DNA of 64,000 nucleotides, from the NCBI GenBank assembly GCA_965248925.1, contig CBDFLE010000006.1:3296001-3360000 (forward strand), given 5' to 3'. The stretch comes from Candidatus Multivoradales bacterium. GTDB lineage: Bacteria > Acidobacteriota > Thermoanaerobaculia > Multivoradales > J023. Of the stretch, positions 28,664-38,042 are shown piece after piece (positions within the stretch are counted from its first letter, which is position 1; the number at the start of each line of letters is the position of its first letter). Below the pieces are notes generated by a model that saw only the letters and a program-made list of their open reading frames with translations, had not been told where the DNA came from and searched no databases. Position numbers and translations under genes: made by a program.

Positions 28664-28695
28664 AGAAAAGCCCCGGATCCGACCGGGGCTTTTCT
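28664..28695. terminator. Rho-independent terminator after coxB
   Basis: AGAAAAGCCCCGG-atccga-CCGGGGCTTTTCT perfect 13-bp inverted repeat with T-runs in both directions. Confidence 0.85.
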
Positions 28696-28715
28696 TGCCA
28701 GCGGACACCGAGCGA

Positions 28716-29525
28716 TCAGCCCCAGAAGTCGTCCTCTTCACCAGCCTCAAGCAGCGCTTCTTGCTGCTCGGTCATCCAAGCGTCGTATTCATCCTGCTCG
28801 TGAATGGTGACAAAACCGCGCATCCGGTAGTGACCCAGACCGCAAAGCTGGGAGCAGTTGATCTCGTAGGTGTAGGTGTCGTTGCCTTTGATCTCGCGCA
28901 TCTCGGCGGTGGTGACCGTCGGCACGAACCACACCGGGAAGCGCATCCCAGGCATCGCGTCTTGCTTGACCCGCATCTCGGAGATAGCGAACGAGTGGAT
29001 CACGTCCTTGGTCGACAAATGGATCAGCACTGGCTTGTCGACCGGCAGGTGTAGCTGATTGATGGTGGTGACGTCGTCGGCTGCCGCCGGGTCGTCACGG
29101 TCCAGGCCCAGAGGGTTGGACTCCTCGTCGACCAGCTCCGGCGCGGTGCGTCCGAACTCGCCATCGGGGCCGGGATAGTGGATGTTCCAAGCAAACTGCT
29201 GCGCCACCACCCGCACCACTTCGGCCTCATCCTCAGAGGGCAGGGCATCGACCCGTTCTGAGTAGAGCGGGATGGAGAAGCCGATCAGGATGACTACCTC
29301 GACAATCGCCACACCAACTTCGGCGTAGCTCGAGAGGTGGCTTTGCAGACCCTTGTAGTCGGCCTTCGGCTGCCGCTTCTGGCGAAAACGGAGCAGGATG
29401 TAGACAAAAAGGGCACCCCAAACGATGAATAGAGTGAACATCAGCCAATGCACCAGGACGTTGACTTGGTCGAGAGCCGCGCCGTGTTCCGAGGCTACGT
29501 GGGGAAGTCCGAGAAACCGGTTCAT
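28716..29525 (-). CDS. coxB: Cytochrome c oxidase subunit II
   Basis: Two TM helices; QQFAW; DVIHSF; CuA motif CSQLCGLGHYRM. Confidence 0.93.
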   Translation of the reverse strand: MNRFLGLPHVASEHGAALDQVNVLVHWLMFTLFIVWGALFVYILLRFRQKRQPKADYKGLQSHLSSYAEVGVAIVEVVILIGFSIPLYSERVDALPSEDEAEVVRVVAQQFAWNIHYPGPDGEFGRTAPELVDEESNPLGLDRDDPAAADDVTTINQLHLPVDKPVLIHLSTKDVIHSFAISEMRVKQDAMPGMRFPVWFVPTVTTAEMREIKGNDTYTYEINCSQLCGLGHYRMRGFVTIHEQDEYDAWMTEQQEALLEAGEEDDFWG

Positions 29526-29542
29526 GGGTTGCGAACGCTCCT

Positions 29543-29806
29543 TCAGCTATGCGGTGCGGGATCGCTGTCCGGCGCGGGAGATTCCGCCCGGCGCAGTTGG
29601 CGTCGCCGCAGGACGACGACGGCCGCCAGGCCCCCGCCGATGGTCAGATAGGTCAAGCCAGCCATGAACAGAATCGACAGATTGACGCCCTGCGCCATCG
29701 GCGAGTCGCTCTCGCCAAAGCACACAGGGCAGCCCATTGCCGGCGCCGCGAGGGTCGCCAGCAGTAGGCAGAGGGTCAGCCGGATTGCAAGTCGTGGGTG
29801 GCTCAT
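29543..29806 (-). CDS. Small membrane protein with CPVCFG motif (cox-associated)
   Basis: Signal peptide, GCPVCFG, TM helix; ATGA overlap with the upstream gene. Confidence 0.7.
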   Translation of the reverse strand: MSHPRLAIRLTLCLLLATLAAPAMGCPVCFGESDSPMAQGVNLSILFMAGLTYLTIGGGLAAVVVLRRRQLRRAESPAPDSDPAPHS

Positions 29807-30012
29807 AAATAGCTCACATCCTTCATCTTGACGAGGAACGCCCGGCCGTAGATCAGCAGCCCGACAGCGCCGATCAAAGACAGCAGGGCCAGTGCCCAGT
29901 CGAGGCCGCCGCCGCCGACGGTCGTTAGCTGGCGCAGGGTCCACAGGCCGAAGCCGGCCAGAACGATCGTCGCCACGACGATGAAGAAGATGTGGAAGGC
30001 TTTGAGAGACAT
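29803..30012 (-). CDS. Small two-TM protein (cox-associated)
   Basis: MSLKAFHIFFIVV...; lies within the cox operon. Confidence 0.7.
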   Translation of the reverse strand: MSLKAFHIFFIVVATIVLAGFGLWTLRQLTTVGGGGLDWALALLSLIGAVGLLIYGRAFLVKMKDVSYL

Positions 30013-30031
30013 GGTGTTGCTTCGCCGTCGG

Positions 30032-30334
30032 CTAGGTCAGGTTGATGCTGTTGCCCTCGAAGATCACCGGAATCACCAGCTCGAAGAAGAAGAAGACAAC
30101 CGACAGGGCCATGACCCACAGGATCAGCTTCTTCTCCGAGATCAGGTGCATGAAGTAGCAGGCCACCAGGCCGGCTTTCACCGTGGCGATGAACAATCCC
30201 AGGGTAATGGCCAGCGGTACGCTGAGTTCCAGGTGGCTCACCGCGACGGTGACGACGGTCAGAACCATCAAGGTGGCGAAGACCCGCATGTAGATCTTGA
30301 CGTGATGGTCGATATCGGCGTGATCGTGACTCAT
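30032..30334 (-). CDS. coxD: Cytochrome c oxidase subunit IV
   Basis: YMRVFATLMVLT, IATVKAGLVACYFMHL. Confidence 0.85.
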   Translation of the reverse strand: MSHDHADIDHHVKIYMRVFATLMVLTVVTVAVSHLELSVPLAITLGLFIATVKAGLVACYFMHLISEKKLILWVMALSVVFFFFELVIPVIFEGNSINLT

Positions 30335-30354
30335 TCTCTCGCTCTCCTTCACGT

Positions 30355-30957
30355 CTAGGTCAGCAGGTAGAACACCGGGAAGAGGAAGATCCACACCAAG
30401 TCGACAAAGTGCCAGAACAGGCCTGATGCCTCGACCCGGTTGATGAATTGCTGTGGCTCGGTCTTCCACATCTTCGATCCCGGTCCCAGCAGGTAGGCGT
30501 TGTAGAGCGCCCCAGCGACAACGTGCAAGCCGTGCAGTCCGGTGAGGGTGAAGTAGAGCGCCAGGAAGGTGTTAGTGCTCGGGTACTCGTGGAGGTGGAA
30601 CTTGTGACTGTACTCAAAGCCCTTGATCACCATGAAGACGCCAGCCAGCAGGATCGTGGCGCTCTGGTAGAGCTTGAACTTGTCGTACTGATTGCGCATC
30701 AGCGAGGCCCAGGCCATCACCATGGTCACTGATGAGGTGATCAGCACTACGGTGTTGGCGAAGGCCATGCGCCAGTCGAGGATGTGCGCCCACTGGTGAA
30801 ATTGGCCGTCGGAGCCCACTCGCAGCAGGATGTAGCTGGCAAAGAGTGCTCCGAAGAGCATCACCTCTGACGACAGGAACAGCCACAGGCCGATCTTGAC
30901 GTTGCTGAGGCCGGTCTGCGGGTGCGGATCGACGGTATACGGAATCGCTGTCGACAT
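30355..30957 (-). CDS. coxC: Cytochrome c oxidase subunit III
   Basis: WLFLSSEVMLFG, NTVVLITSS, TGLHGLHV, FWHFVDLVW. Confidence 0.93.
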   Translation of the reverse strand: MSTAIPYTVDPHPQTGLSNVKIGLWLFLSSEVMLFGALFASYILLRVGSDGQFHQWAHILDWRMAFANTVVLITSSVTMVMAWASLMRNQYDKFKLYQSATILLAGVFMVIKGFEYSHKFHLHEYPSTNTFLALYFTLTGLHGLHVVAGALYNAYLLGPGSKMWKTEPQQFINRVEASGLFWHFVDLVWIFLFPVFYLLT

Positions 30958-30978
30958 CTGTAATCTCCTCTCTCCGCT

Positions 30979-32718
30979 TCAGCGTTCGAACTGCGGGTAG
31001 TAGTCCTTCGAGTGACCAGGCACGCTGTACTCGTAGGGGTCGCGGTAGACCACCGGCTCGGTGGCGAAGTTGCCGTGTGGCGGTGGTGACGGTGCCGCCC
31101 ACTCGAGGGTGGTGGCATCCCAAGGATTCTCTTCCGCGGTGCGCGGCTTGCGCAGGCTGAGGAAGAAGTTGAGGATGAAGGGGATCTGCGCCAGCGCCAG
31201 GCCCCAGGCCCCCCATGACATCACCTTGTTCCAATGCAGCACATGCTGGGTGTGGGCGTAGATCTCGCCGCCGTCGAACAGCCGCCGGTTCATTCCTGCC
31301 AGACCCTGGATCAGCATCGGGAAGAAGATCAGGTTCATGAACACCAGGCTGGGCCAGAAGTGCAGCTTGCCCAGCAGCTCGCTCATCCGTCGGCCGGTGG
31401 CCTTGGGATACCAGTAGTAGATCCCGGCAAAGAGCGCGAAGATGGTGCCCGGCGCCACCACGTAGTGGAAGTGGCCGATGACGTAGTAGGTGTCGTGCAA
31501 GTGGATGTCAGAAGCTGTCAAGCCGAGGGGCAGGCCGGTGAGGCCGCCGATGCCGAACATCGGGATGAAGGCCATGGCGAAGAGCATCGGTGTGTTGAAG
31601 CGAATCGAGCCCCCCCACAGCGACAGCAGTAGTGCTGTCAGGATGATCACCGAGGGAATCGAGATGATCATCGTCGTGGTCTGGAAGAAGGCCGACATGG
31701 CGGTGCCCATGCCGGTCAGGAACATGTGGTGTGCCCAGACGATGAACGACATGAAGCCGAGGAAGATCACCGAGTAGACCATCGACTTGTAGCCCCACAG
31801 CGGCTTGCGGGTGTTGTTGGCGATGATCTCGGCGATGATGCCCAGGGCCGGCAGGATCAGCACGTAGACCTCCGGGTGAGCCAAGAACCAGAACAGGTGC
31901 TGCCAGAGGATCGGGCTACCGGCGCCAGAAACCTCCAAGACCTGACCGCTGACCACTAGCCCCGAGGGCATGAAGAAGCTGGTACCGGCAACCCGGTCCA
32001 TCAACTGCAACATGCCGGCGGCTTGCAGCGGCGGGAAGGCTAGCAGCAGCAGGAAGGAGGTCACCGCCTGCGCCCAGACGAAAAAGGGTAGGCGGAACAT
32101 GGTCAGCCCTTCGGTTCGCAGGTTGATGATCGTCACCAGGAAATTCACCGCGCCGAGGAGCGAGGAGAAAATCAAGAAGAGCATGCCCACCAGCCACCAA
32201 GTCTGGCCGGAAGAAGCGATGTTGGCCAGCGGCGGGTAAGACGTCCAGCCCGACTGGGCAGCTCCACCCGGCACGAAGAAGCTCAGGAACATCACCACGC
32301 CGCCCATGAAGTAGCTCCAATAGCTCGCCATGTTGAGACGTGGGAAGGCCATGTCGGGGGCGCCGATCTGCAGCGGCACGACGAAGTTGCCGAAGCCACC
32401 CACCGCCAGCGGTACGACCCCCATGAACACCATGATGGTGCCGTGCATGGCGCCGAGCTGGTTGTAGAACTCGGGCAACATGATGCCGCCGGGCATTTTC
32501 TCGGGGCCGAAGAGGGCGCCCAAGATCGGCAGCGCCCGGCCTGGGTAGGCGAGCTGAAAGCGCATCAGCATTATCAGGCAGAAGCCGAAGAAGAGGAAGC
32601 TCAACCCGGTCACGGCATATTGGATGCCGATGGTCTTGTGGTCGACCGAGAAGATGTACTTGCGCCAAAACCCGAGTTCCTCGTGATGCTCGTGCTCAGC
32701 GTTCTCGTGATCGCTCAT
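30979..32718 (-). CDS. coxA: Cytochrome c oxidase subunit I (A1-type)
   Basis: DHKTIG, MHGTIM, DMAFPRLN, HPEVY, WAHHM, HFHY, RR. Confidence 0.96.
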   Translation of the reverse strand: MSDHENAEHEHHEELGFWRKYIFSVDHKTIGIQYAVTGLSFLFFGFCLIMLMRFQLAYPGRALPILGALFGPEKMPGGIMLPEFYNQLGAMHGTIMVFMGVVPLAVGGFGNFVVPLQIGAPDMAFPRLNMASYWSYFMGGVVMFLSFFVPGGAAQSGWTSYPPLANIASSGQTWWLVGMLFLIFSSLLGAVNFLVTIINLRTEGLTMFRLPFFVWAQAVTSFLLLLAFPPLQAAGMLQLMDRVAGTSFFMPSGLVVSGQVLEVSGAGSPILWQHLFWFLAHPEVYVLILPALGIIAEIIANNTRKPLWGYKSMVYSVIFLGFMSFIVWAHHMFLTGMGTAMSAFFQTTTMIISIPSVIILTALLLSLWGGSIRFNTPMLFAMAFIPMFGIGGLTGLPLGLTASDIHLHDTYYVIGHFHYVVAPGTIFALFAGIYYWYPKATGRRMSELLGKLHFWPSLVFMNLIFFPMLIQGLAGMNRRLFDGGEIYAHTQHVLHWNKVMSWGAWGLALAQIPFILNFFLSLRKPRTAEENPWDATTLEWAAPSPPPHGNFATEPVVYRDPYEYSVPGHSKDYYPQFER

Positions 32719-32784
32719 TGTCCTCCGCTTCCTCTCCTTGAAGTTGGAAGGCGGGGGCCGCCTGGAGAGCGGCCCCACATTGCC

Positions 32785-32832
32785 TGCTACTGTGCTTGCT
32801 ACTGTGCTTGCTACTGTGCTTGCTGTATTGCT
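32785..32832. repeat. 12-bp tandem repeat (TGCTACTGTGCT)x3 plus one degenerate copy, intergenic upstream of coxA
   Basis: Directly visible. Confidence 0.9.
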
Positions 32833-32847
32833 AGCTAAGGGTCAGTG

Positions 32848-33552
32848 CTATTTGCGTTTCGGAATCTTGAACGAGAAGTCCACCGTCGCACCGCCGCCGC
32901 TGACCGTGACGCTGCCGGTTTGGCTGCCGAGGCGCTCGTGCCAGGCTTCGACCTCGTAGGTACCGTCGGGCACGTTGTCGATTGAGAAGCTGCCATCCTT
33001 GCCGGTGACCGAGAAGAAGGGGTGGGTCATCACCGCCAGGTAGCTGTTCATCCACGGGTGGACATCGCATTTGACCTTGAACAGCGGTTCGGGCTTGTTG
33101 AACGTCTTGTCGCTAGTCTTCACCGTCGGTGGCATGCCGATGTTGAATTCGCGATTCTCCTCGGGCAGGCCATGGACGTTGTGCAGGATGCCGTCGGAGT
33201 TCTTGAACTGCACCGTCTGGCCGACCATCGCGCCGATCACATGCGGTACGTAGAGGCAGCCTTTCTGGTCGATCACCACCGGCTCCGAGGGCGCCTTGTG
33301 GTCACCTGCCGGCGCGTTCCTGATCTGCACGAAAACGTTGGCGAGGGCGTTACCGTCGCCCAGCACCAGAAACTCCTTGGGTACTGGGCTGGAGTGCATG
33401 CTGGAGCAGCTGGGATCGGCGTCCATGCTGATCGCGCGCAGTTTGGGTAGCTTGTCGTCGTAGATGATCTTGCCGGTGATCGAGCCGGCGAAAGCCGGCA
33501 CGGGGAGCAGGGCACACACTAGTGCCGCGGTCAAAGCTCTGCTATAGCGCAT
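32848..33552 (-). CDS. Secreted cupredoxin-like / carboxypeptidase-regulatory-like domain protein
   Basis: Signal peptide; DQKGC, HNVH, CDVHPWM (possible type-1 Cu site), GTYEVEAWHE. Confidence 0.75.
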   Translation of the reverse strand: MRYSRALTAALVCALLPVPAFAGSITGKIIYDDKLPKLRAISMDADPSCSSMHSSPVPKEFLVLGDGNALANVFVQIRNAPAGDHKAPSEPVVIDQKGCLYVPHVIGAMVGQTVQFKNSDGILHNVHGLPEENREFNIGMPPTVKTSDKTFNKPEPLFKVKCDVHPWMNSYLAVMTHPFFSVTGKDGSFSIDNVPDGTYEVEAWHERLGSQTGSVTVSGGGATVDFSFKIPKRK

Positions 33553-33633
33553 GAGTTCTCTCCTGAAATATGGCGTTGGAGAGGAGGCTTGAGAACCCCC
33601 GTCTGAGTTGAACTTGCTTACCGGCAAAGAGTA

Positions 33634-35328
33634 TCACAGCCCCTGAGTTGTCTGGGCGGCGTGCTCAGTCCGATCAGGGCGCGAGGACTCACCGGCCATC
33701 CGCCTCCTCTCTAGGATCTTCAGCTCTAGCTCTGCAACCCGTCGGACGAATCGCGGGTCCTCAATGACGGGCGAGAATGCTGGGTCGATTGCCAGCCAGC
33801 GGAAGTGGAGTAAACCGCTCACGATGGCCTGGTCAAGCCATTCGAGCGCGCTTTGCTCGCGGCTTTCGGCGGCGGCAACCGCGGCTAGTGCTAGCGGCCA
33901 GCTCCACAGCTCGTCTCCCTGGCCCAGTCGATCTCGGGCGACCTCGGCGAGGGCTTCGCGGAGTTCCCGAGCGCGAACTCGGTCGCCGGTCTGCTGCAGC
34001 GCCCAGGCCAGGTAGATGCTGTCGGGGTCATTCCAGGGCTGATCCCCCAGCGCCTTCTCCAAGTAGCGTCTACTGCTTGCGGGATCGCCGTTCAATAAGG
34101 CGATCTCGCCGGCCAACTTGAGCAGCACAGGTGATTCAGGAAGCGCCTGCAAGGCAGACTCCACTTTTCGACCGGCCTCGCCGGTGCGGCCAGCCGCAAC
34201 GTCGAGCCAAGAATCCAGCCACAGACCGGGGATGTAGGTCGGGTCTATCTCGAGTGTCTTGTGGACCAACTGGCGGCTGTAGTCAAGTCGGTCGAGCAGA
34301 TAGCAAGCGTGGGCGCGGTTGAAGTAGTTGATCACCGCGGATTCTGCCCCGATGGGTTGCATCGTCCGCAGCAGCTCCAGCGCCTGGTCTGGCTGGCCGA
34401 GCTGCATCAGGATGACTGCCAGATTGTTCGCCGCTGCAACGTGGCGGGGTTCTTCGTCTAGAGCGCGGCGATAGGACGCGGCGGCGCGATGCAGCCAGCC
34501 GTGAGCCTGATAAGCGAAACCCAGTGCCTTGTGGGCGGCGGCCGACCTCGGGTCGAGGGTCAGACTGTGGCGCGCGGTCAGCAGCCCGGCCTCAAGGTCT
34601 CCGCCGAAATTCAGCGCTTGGAAAACCTGCGCATCTGCCAGACCTGCGTGGGCGACTGCCAGATCAGGCTCCGAGCGGATCGCGAGCTCGAACAGGCGAA
34701 TCGCTTGCCGGGTGCCTTCCTCGGAATAGCGGTAGAAGTAGTCGAGGGCATGGCTGTAGAGCTGGCGAGCGCTTGCATCAGCCGCGGTGGGTGGGTGGAG
34801 AACCGATGGGACTGCAGTCGGGTGCGGCTCGGGGGTTAGGCTGAGATAGGCCCACAGCCCGGCGGTGATCGCTACCGTGGCAGCAGCCAGTAGGGGGGCG
34901 GACAGCAGTAGGCCTGGCCGGTTTGCCATTGCGCTGCCGGTGCTCGAAGGGTTGGCGCCACCGGGCAATGAAGCTGCTGCTGCGGGTTCGATCTTGGCGA
35001 TCAAGCGATAGCCACGTCGAGGTAAGGTCTCGATGAAGCTTGGCGTGTGGTGGTCATCTCCAAGGGCTTTGCGGAGTCCGGCGATCGAGCGCCACAGTGA
35101 GCTTTCCGCAACCACCGTGTCGGCCCAGACCTCTCGCAACAGCTCATCCTTGCTGACCACCTGGCCAGCGCGCAGCACCAGATAGACCAGAACCTCAGCC
35201 ATCTTCGGTTCTAGGTGCTGGCACTCTCCAGGTCGCTGGAGTTCTCCACTTTCCGGATCGAGCACCCACTCGGCGAGACGGATCTTCTGGGGGAGCTTCG
35301 AGCCATCGTTGCGTTGCCCGTCTACCAT
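33634..35328 (-). CDS. CadC/ToxR-like winged-helix regulator with TM segment and TPR sensor
   Basis: LEPKMAEVL...ELLREVW...IAGLRKALGD...IETLPRRGYRL; TM; TPRs. Confidence 0.88.
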   Translation of the reverse strand: MVDGQRNDGSKLPQKIRLAEWVLDPESGELQRPGECQHLEPKMAEVLVYLVLRAGQVVSKDELLREVWADTVVAESSLWRSIAGLRKALGDDHHTPSFIETLPRRGYRLIAKIEPAAAASLPGGANPSSTGSAMANRPGLLLSAPLLAAATVAITAGLWAYLSLTPEPHPTAVPSVLHPPTAADASARQLYSHALDYFYRYSEEGTRQAIRLFELAIRSEPDLAVAHAGLADAQVFQALNFGGDLEAGLLTARHSLTLDPRSAAAHKALGFAYQAHGWLHRAAASYRRALDEEPRHVAAANNLAVILMQLGQPDQALELLRTMQPIGAESAVINYFNRAHACYLLDRLDYSRQLVHKTLEIDPTYIPGLWLDSWLDVAAGRTGEAGRKVESALQALPESPVLLKLAGEIALLNGDPASSRRYLEKALGDQPWNDPDSIYLAWALQQTGDRVRARELREALAEVARDRLGQGDELWSWPLALAAVAAAESREQSALEWLDQAIVSGLLHFRWLAIDPAFSPVIEDPRFVRRVAELELKILERRRMAGESSRPDRTEHAAQTTQGL

Positions 35329-35486
35329 GCGTGGGTCAGATTACCACCCCAAATCGCCGCCATTCGACGACCATCAGGCAATCGTAGGCTTTTCATCAGG
35401 CCGTGGTTAGCCGCTGGTCGAATGGCGTTGCTAGGTTGGCGAGACATCGTGTGCGGAAAACAACCGAACTCCTCAGGAGGAACACC

Positions 35487-36698
35487 ATGCAGCAGCAACC
35501 GCAAGTAGATCTCACCCGTGAGTCGCGAACTCGTCGATTCAAACTCATGCTTTCCGGCGCCCACGCGGCTCCCGTCGCGACTGGCTTCTTGGTCTCGTTA
35601 GCCCTCTTCAGCGCTGCCATGGTGGTGGCGCAGCCGATGGACATGGGAGCTACCTATCGATCGCTGGACGCCCAGATCACTCGTGCTACGACCGAGTTCG
35701 AGGATGCCTATGCGATCACTACACGCAGTGCAGGTGGGGCGCTCGAAACCACCCTCTACTCACCTGCCGGTGAGAAGCTGGCCGGATCGATCACCTCGAG
35801 CGATAGCTTCGAGTTGGCGGGGGTCGATGCGATGGCTGGCAAACAGCGCTTCGACTTGCCCGGCTTCGAGGTGACCACCGATTGGGCCAGCTCTCAGCTC
35901 TACAGTATCTGGCTCGATCGGCAGGCGGCTGCTGAGCAGAAGCTGGCTGCCGAGCCGAGCTGGCAGTGGCAGGGAGGCTTCCTCCGCTCGGCCGGCTCGG
36001 CAATAGGCAAGGGAGAGGTCGACCGGCAGCGTGAGCTGGCCAGCAGAGCACTCGCGGTGACCACCCGTTTCGGTCGTCTGGAGGCGAGCTCCGTGCGCCA
36101 TCTGGGGCTCGCTGCTCTCGACAGCGATCCGGCGGACGAGGTGTCCCACGCGACTTTCTCCACCCGCATCATCGACCAGAGTACGGGTCAGCCCCTCGGT
36201 CTTGCTCGCTGGTTCGAGCAAGATCAGGTGTTCTCCTGGGAACTCCCCGGACTGACCAGCGGCTGGGTCGACGAAGCCCGCATGCAGCAGAGCTTTTCGT
36301 TCGCGCCCGACCTGGCCTGGATCAACATCCAGGTGTTCGCCTTCTGGCAGATGCACAGTGATCTACTGCTGCGCCAAGCCGGACCGCAAGCCAAGAATAC
36401 AGAGGGTTGCGATGGTTTGCATTGGCTCGACGACTCGATCTTTCGTCCCTGCTGTGATGAGCACGACCTTTGCTTCGAGCGGAATGGTTGTACCTCGAGT
36501 TCGTGGTGGGTCTTCGGGTCGAGTTGGAGCTGCATTCGATGCAACCTGGAGGTCGTCTTCTGCTTCCTGACCGGTGGCGGTGGCGGTGGCGGCGGCTTTG
36601 GTGGTGGCGGTGGCGGTGGTGGTGGTGGGATTGGTTGCACCCGGCCGCTCGGCGGCTGGTGTCCACCCGAGTGCATCAGCTGCGTTACCGTCTACTGA
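35487..36698 (+). CDS. Hypothetical secreted protein with C-terminal Cys-rich phospholipase-A2-like motif
   Basis: AGGAGG RBS before the ATG at 35487; hydrophobic leader; CCDEHDLCF; Gly-rich linker and Cys tail. Confidence 0.6.
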   Translation: MQQQPQVDLTRESRTRRFKLMLSGAHAAPVATGFLVSLALFSAAMVVAQPMDMGATYRSLDAQITRATTEFEDAYAITTRSAGGALETTLYSPAGEKLAGSITSSDSFELAGVDAMAGKQRFDLPGFEVTTDWASSQLYSIWLDRQAAAEQKLAAEPSWQWQGGFLRSAGSAIGKGEVDRQRELASRALAVTTRFGRLEASSVRHLGLAALDSDPADEVSHATFSTRIIDQSTGQPLGLARWFEQDQVFSWELPGLTSGWVDEARMQQSFSFAPDLAWINIQVFAFWQMHSDLLLRQAGPQAKNTEGCDGLHWLDDSIFRPCCDEHDLCFERNGCTSSSWWVFGSSWSCIRCNLEVVFCFLTGGGGGGGGFGGGGGGGGGGIGCTRPLGGWCPPECISCVTVY

Positions 36699-36792
36699 GA
36701 CCATTGACATCCGGGTCGGGCGGCGCTTTGCTGGTCGCCCGGCACCCGGCTAGCTTGCCGAGACCCGATCAGGCGCCGAGCCAGTAGGTGGA

Positions 36793-37995
36793 TCAGTAGT
36801 TCTCGAAAGCCAGCGATTCCTGCAGCCGGGGATCGTTCACCGGCACCAGCCGGGTGCGGCTGACCCGCCAGGCGAGGGTGGCGACGAAGACTCCGCCGAC
36901 CCCTATCAGAGTCATGATGTCCACCGGCTTGAAGTCGAAGTGACCATCGCCGAAGGCCGGCATGATCAGCCAGTACATGTCGAGGTAGTGCATGGCGCAG
37001 AGCCAGACCGTGGCGGTGATCAAGCCCGCTGCGTGGCGTTTGACATCGCGCATCAGCAAGAAGAGGAAGGGAATGGCGAAGTGGCCGATCACCAGGAAGA
37101 GCGATACGTTCTTCCAGCCGTGCTCCCAGCGATGGGCGAAGAAGGCGGTTTCTTCAGGGATGTTGGCGTACCAGATCAGCATGAACTGGGAGAAGGCGAT
37201 GTAAGCCCAGAACACCATGAAGGCGAAGAGCAGCTTGCCGAGATCGTGGTAGTGCTCCGCGGTGACCACCCCTTGTAGCCGTCCGCTGCGTTGCAGCAGC
37301 AAGGCCATTAAGATGAGTAGGGCACAGATCGCGATCACGCAGCCAGCGAAGTAGTAGACTCCGAAGATCGTCGAGTACCAATGCGGGTCGAGGGACATCA
37401 TCCAATCGATGGCGGCGAAGCTCATCGTCAGGCCGAAGAGGATCAAGCCCACCGGGCTTAAAGTCTGTAGCTTGCGCAGGATCTTGGCGCCGTCGCCGTC
37501 GTCCTGGCTGGTGGCCAGGCGCCACAGCCAGGTGCCGCAGAAAGTCCACACCGCGAAATAAATGGCCGCGCGGACGTAGAAGGCGCCTGGGTTCAAGAAG
37601 GCTGCTTTGTGCTGCAACAGCTCGTCGTGGGCCACCGCTTCGGCGTGCGACCAGTGGAAGAGGTCATGAACGCCGAGAGCGATTGGGATGAAGAGCAGCG
37701 CGAACACCGGCAAGGTGCCCATGACGTGCTCGCCAAGGCGGCGGACGACCACGCTCCAGCCGGCGCGGGTGATGTACTGCACCAGGGTGAAGAACATTCC
37801 GCCAAGGGCAAAGCTGAGCCAGAACATGAAGGCCACCAGATAGGAAAAGAGCAGCCGGTCATGGTGACCGCCGCTGGTGGCGAAAGCACTTCCCAAGCCA
37901 ACGATGGCCAAGATCAGGCCGACCCTCGGCAACCGGGCCCAGAGACCTTGTGGAATCGCGACCTGCTCAGCCGCTACCGTGACCTCGTGTTCCAT
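36793..37995 (-). CDS. actF: Alternative complex III subunit ActF
   Basis: AGWSVVVRR, DWMMSLDPHWYSTIFG, HYHDLGKLLF, WAYIAFSQFMLIWYANIPEET. Confidence 0.9.
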   Translation of the reverse strand: MEHEVTVAAEQVAIPQGLWARLPRVGLILAIVGLGSAFATSGGHHDRLLFSYLVAFMFWLSFALGGMFFTLVQYITRAGWSVVVRRLGEHVMGTLPVFALLFIPIALGVHDLFHWSHAEAVAHDELLQHKAAFLNPGAFYVRAAIYFAVWTFCGTWLWRLATSQDDGDGAKILRKLQTLSPVGLILFGLTMSFAAIDWMMSLDPHWYSTIFGVYYFAGCVIAICALLILMALLLQRSGRLQGVVTAEHYHDLGKLLFAFMVFWAYIAFSQFMLIWYANIPEETAFFAHRWEHGWKNVSLFLVIGHFAIPFLFLLMRDVKRHAAGLITATVWLCAMHYLDMYWLIMPAFGDGHFDFKPVDIMTLIGVGGVFVATLAWRVSRTRLVPVNDPRLQESLAFENY

Positions 37996-38042
37996 GACTC
38001 TCCCGTGTGGGTTGTCGAAGTTGACCGCTCAGCCGCCGCCGT

